Below the pieces are notes generated by a model. That model had not been told where the DNA came from. It saw nothing but the letters and a program-made list of their open reading frames with translations, and did no database searches. The translations under genes were made by a program, and so were the position numbers. Below are positions 36,286 through 39,336 of a stretch of DNA of 39,336 nucleotides, piece after piece (within the stretch, counting starts at the first letter, position 1; each line of letters begins with the position of its first letter). The DNA comes from a phage, in sequence record PV991107.1. One strand, written 5' to 3'.

Positions 36286-37854
36286 ATGGCTGAACGTGAA
36301 GGGTTCGCTGCTGAAGGAGCCAAAGCGGTCTATGACCGACTGAAGAACGGTAGACAGCCATATGAGACACGCGCTCAGAACTGTGCTGCTGTCACTATCC
36401 CGTCACTGTTTCCTAAGGAGTCCGACAACTCGTCTACTGAGTACACAACTCCGTGGCAAGCTGTAGGTGCTCGCTGTTTGAACAACTTGGCTGCAAAGCT
36501 GATGTTGGCATTATTTCCCCAGTCACCGTGGATGCGACTGACAGTCTCCGAATATGAGGCCAAGACCTTGAGTCAGGACTCAGAGGCTGCTGCTCGTGTT
36601 GACGAAGGGCTGGCTATGGTCGAGCGTGTGTTGATGGCCTACATGGAGACCAACAGTTTCCGTGTGCCATTGTTCGAAGCTCTGAAGCAGCTTATCGTCT
36701 CCGGTAACTGTCTGCTTTACATTCCAGAGCCTGAACAGGGTACTTATAGTCCTATGCGAATGTACCGCTTAGTGTCCTACGTTGTTCAGCGTGATGCTTT
36801 CGGTAACATCTTGCAGATTGTGACTCTCGACAAGGTAGCGTTTAGTGCTCTACCGGAAGACGTGAAGTCTCAACTAAACGCAGACGACTATGAGCCTGAC
36901 ACCGAGCTGGAAGTGTATACGCACATCTACCGTCAGGACGACGAGTATCTGCGCTACGAGGAAGTGGAAGGAATTGAGGTAGCAGGGACCGAGGGTTCTT
37001 ACCCACTGACTGCATGTCCATACATCCCGGTACGAATGGTTCGACTGGATGGTGAAGACTATGGTCGTTCTTACTGCGAGGAGTATCTGGGAGACCTGAA
37101 CTCGCTGGAGACGATTACAGAAGCTATCACCAAAATGGCTAAGGTAGCCTCCAAGGTGGTGGGCCTCGTTAACCCGAACGGTATCACGCAACCTCGTCGT
37201 CTGAACAAGGCGGCTACAGGTGAGTTCGTTGCCGGTCGCGTTGAGGACATCAACTTCCTGCAACTGACTAAGGGTCAGGACTTTACGATTGCCAAGTCGG
37301 TGGCTGATGCTATCGAGCAACGTTTAGGCTGGGCCTTCCTTCTTAATAGTGCTGTTCAGCGTAATGCCGAGCGAGTCACTGCTGAAGAGATTCGTTATGT
37401 TGCTGGCGAACTGGAGGCGACCTTAGGTGGCGTGTACTCAGTACAATCCCAAGAGCTTCAGTTACCTATTGTCCGTGTGCTGATGAACCAACTTCAGTCT
37501 GCTGGCATGATTCCTGACCTTCCGAAAGAAGCGGTAGAGCCTACGGTATCCACTGGTCTGGAAGCGTTAGGTCGTGGTCAAGACTTAGAGAAGCTGACTC
37601 AGGCAGTCAACATGATGACCGGGCTACAGCCTCTGCAACAGGACCCAGACATTAACTTGCCGACCCTGAAGCTGCGACTGCTGAATGCCTTAGGCATTGA
37701 TACTGCTGGCCTTCTGCTGACTCAGGACGAGAAGATGCAACGTATGGCTGAACAGTCCGCTCAAGGAGCTGTGGTCAACGGTGCGTCTGCTGCTGGTGCT
37801 AACATGGGCGCTACTGTTGGACAAGTAGCTGGTGAGGACATGGCTCAAGCCTAA
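36286..37854 (+). CDS. Head-to-tail connector / portal protein (T7 gene 8 homolog)
   Basis: 522 aa (T7 gp8 536 aa); SD AAGGAGG; position before scaffold and capsid. Confidence 0.92.
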   Translation: MAEREGFAAEGAKAVYDRLKNGRQPYETRAQNCAAVTIPSLFPKESDNSSTEYTTPWQAVGARCLNNLAAKLMLALFPQSPWMRLTVSEYEAKTLSQDSEAAARVDEGLAMVERVLMAYMETNSFRVPLFEALKQLIVSGNCLLYIPEPEQGTYSPMRMYRLVSYVVQRDAFGNILQIVTLDKVAFSALPEDVKSQLNADDYEPDTELEVYTHIYRQDDEYLRYEEVEGIEVAGTEGSYPLTACPYIPVRMVRLDGEDYGRSYCEEYLGDLNSLETITEAITKMAKVASKVVGLVNPNGITQPRRLNKAATGEFVAGRVEDINFLQLTKGQDFTIAKSVADAIEQRLGWAFLLNSAVQRNAERVTAEEIRYVAGELEATLGGVYSVQSQELQLPIVRVLMNQLQSAGMIPDLPKEAVEPTVSTGLEALGRGQDLEKLTQAVNMMTGLQPLQQDPDINLPTLKLRLLNALGIDTAGLLLTQDEKMQRMAEQSAQGAVVNGASAAGANMGATVGQVAGEDMAQA

Positions 37855-37872
37855 ACTATCACTATAGGAACA
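37850..37872 (+). promoter_or_regulatory. Phage RNAP promoter (phi9-like), overlapping portal stop codon
   Basis: CCTAAACTATCACTATAGGAACA. Confidence 0.8.
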
Positions 37873-37873
37873 A

Positions 37874-37927
37874 CGGGACACACATTCACCGCGAGTGTGC
37901 CACTGGGAGCTACCATACTCTGTCCCG
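37874..37927 (+). other. Nested stem-loop in the gene 9 leader
   Basis: CGGGACA / TGTCCCG outer stem enclosing CACAC-ATTCACCGCGA-GTGTG. Confidence 0.4.
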
Positions 37928-37959
37928 TCACCTATTAACTACCAAAGGAGAATGACTCA

Positions 37960-38844
37960 ATGTCTCAATCAGTTTATGCCGAGTTCGGCGTTAGCTCTAA
38001 TGCAATCACTGGTTCCGTTGAGGACCTGAACGAACACCAGAAGTCTATGCTTGAACAGGACGTATCGGTTCGTGATGGCGACGATGCTATTACCTTCAAG
38101 CAACTGGAAGCTGAAACCGAAGAGGCTACCGAAGAAGACGATAACGTCGACGAGACTGAAGGTGAAGAAGACCACGAGTCCGATGACGAAGAGTCTGAGA
38201 CCGATAGTGAGCAGCCTGAGTTCATCGAACTAGGTGATGCACCGAAAGAGCTGACTGAAAGTGTCACCGCTCTGGATGAAAACGAAGCTGCATTTGACGA
38301 CATGGTGTCTTCTGCTGTAGAAGCTGGCAAGGTCACTGCTGATGAAATTACCGCTATCAAGGCTGAATACGCCAAGGACGGTAAGCTGTCTGACGCATCC
38401 TACGCTAAGTTGCAGGAAGCAGGTTACACCAAGCGTTTCGTAGATTCGTTTGTCCGTGGTCAGGAAGCTCTTGCTGAACAGTATGCTGCTGGTGTGGTTC
38501 GCTACGCTGGTGGTGCTGAACAGTTTAATCGCATCCTGTCACACCTTGAGTCCAACGACCCGTCAACTCGTGAAGCACTGGAAGCTGCTATCGTTCGTAA
38601 GGACATTGCGACTACCAAAGCTCTGCTGAATCTGGCTGGCAAGACTCTGGGTAAAGCTGTAGGTGTTAAACCTCAGCGAACCATCACCACTCAGGCTAAA
38701 CCTGTGGTCGCACCTAAGGCTCCTCAGACCGAAGCATTCAGCTCCAAGGCTGACATGATTAAGGCTATGAGTGACCCGCGATACCTGCGTGACGCTAAGT
38801 ACACGATGGAAGTTCGCGCTAAGGTAGCTGCCTCAAGCCTGTAG
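37960..38844 (+). CDS. Capsid assembly / scaffolding protein (T7 gene 9 homolog)
   Basis: 294 aa, highly acidic N-terminal half; ..VRDGDDAI.., ..SYAKL.E.GYTK.F.DS..RGQEAL.EQY......YAGG.E.F......HLE...P...., ..MIKAMSDPRY.. match T7 gp9. Confidence 0.9.
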   Translation: MSQSVYAEFGVSSNAITGSVEDLNEHQKSMLEQDVSVRDGDDAITFKQLEAETEEATEEDDNVDETEGEEDHESDDEESETDSEQPEFIELGDAPKELTESVTALDENEAAFDDMVSSAVEAGKVTADEITAIKAEYAKDGKLSDASYAKLQEAGYTKRFVDSFVRGQEALAEQYAAGVVRYAGGAEQFNRILSHLESNDPSTREALEAAIVRKDIATTKALLNLAGKTLGKAVGVKPQRTITTQAKPVVAPKAPQTEAFSSKADMIKAMSDPRYLRDAKYTMEVRAKVAASSL

Positions 38845-38845
38845 G

Positions 38846-38868
38846 ACTAAACTATCACTATAGGGAGA
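38846..38868 (+). promoter_or_regulatory. Phage RNAP promoter (phi10-like, perfect consensus)
   Basis: ACTAAACTATCACTATAGGGAGA followed by leader GGGAGACC...GGTTTCCC and a long untranslated leader to the capsid ATG. Confidence 0.85.
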
Positions 38869-38970
38869 CCAAGAGACAGACTCAAGGTTTCCCTATTACT
38901 TCAGTCCATACGGATTGGGCGTACAGCAAGTAATAAACTTTATCTTTCAATTGAATAGGAGAATTATCAT

Positions 38971-39336
38971 ATGGCAAACGTTCCGGGTCAGAAATTAGGT
39001 ACAGACCAAGGTAAAGGCAAATCTGGTTCCGACGCTCTGGCGTTGTTCCTGAAGGTCTTTGCTGGCGAAGTCCTGACCGCATTCACTCGCCGCTCTGTAA
39101 CTGCTGACAAGCATATTGTCCGTACAATTCAGAACGGTAAGTCTGCTCAGTTCCCGGTCATGGGTCGCACCTCTGGTGTGTATCTGGCTCCGGGTGAGCG
39201 ACTGTCCGATAAGCGTAAAGGTATCAAACATACCGAGAAAGTAATTACCATTGATGGTCTGCTGACTGCCGATGTGATGATTTTCGACATTGAAGACGCG
39301 ATGAACCACTATGACGTGGCTGGTGAGTATTCCAAC
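38971..39336 (+). CDS. Major capsid protein (gene 10A), N-terminal 122 codons, truncated by window end
   Basis: AGGAG - 9 nt - ATG; ..LALFLKVFAGEVLTAF.R.SVT...H.VR.I..GKSAQFPV.GRT...YLAPGE.L.DKRK.IKHTEKVITIDGLLTADV.I.DIEDAMNHYDV..EY.. nearly identical in pattern to T7 gp10A N-terminus. Confidence 0.95.
   Translation, partial: MANVPGQKLGTDQGKGKSGSDALALFLKVFAGEVLTAFTRRSVTADKHIVRTIQNGKSAQFPVMGRTSGVYLAPGERLSDKRKGIKHTEKVITIDGLLTADVMIFDIEDAMNHYDVAGEYSN

Overview
This window is a nearly complete genome of a T7-like podophage (single-subunit RNA polymerase plus its own 23-bp promoters), circularly permuted so that it starts and ends inside the major capsid gene. All credible genes are on the + strand in canonical T7 order. 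From the start: capsid C-terminus with a -1 frameshift extension and a Tphi-like terminator, tail tube 11/12, internal virion proteins 13-16, tail fibre/tailspike 17, holin, small terminase, Rz/Rz1 spanins, large terminase 19. Then comes the genome-end junction at about 17.4-18.0 kb (terminal repeat flanked by short-repeat arrays) and the early region (sigma70-type promoters, Ocr-like gp0.3, small membrane peptides, no gp0.7 kinase). After that: RNAP gene 1, genes 1.1-1.3 (ligase), TE terminator, 1.7-like, gp2, SSB 2.5, endonuclease I, amidase 3.5, primase-helicase 4, DNA polymerase 5, exonuclease 6, 6.5-7.3, portal 8, scaffold 9 and the capsid N-terminus. I found 11 phage-promoter sites with consensus ACTAAACTATCACTATAGGGAGA, one of them directly upstream of the RNAP gene. 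I did not find a single clearly novel multi-gene system; the most interesting items are a modular tailspike, a replaced gp16 N-terminal domain, a distinct promoter specificity, and several accessory ORFs at positions where T7 has none. No tRNA, rRNA, CRISPR array or transposase was seen. Limits: homology calls rest on my recollection of T7 protein sequences and on synteny, not on database searches. Coordinates of CDS come from the supplied ORF track; features I placed by hand may be off by 1-2 nt.
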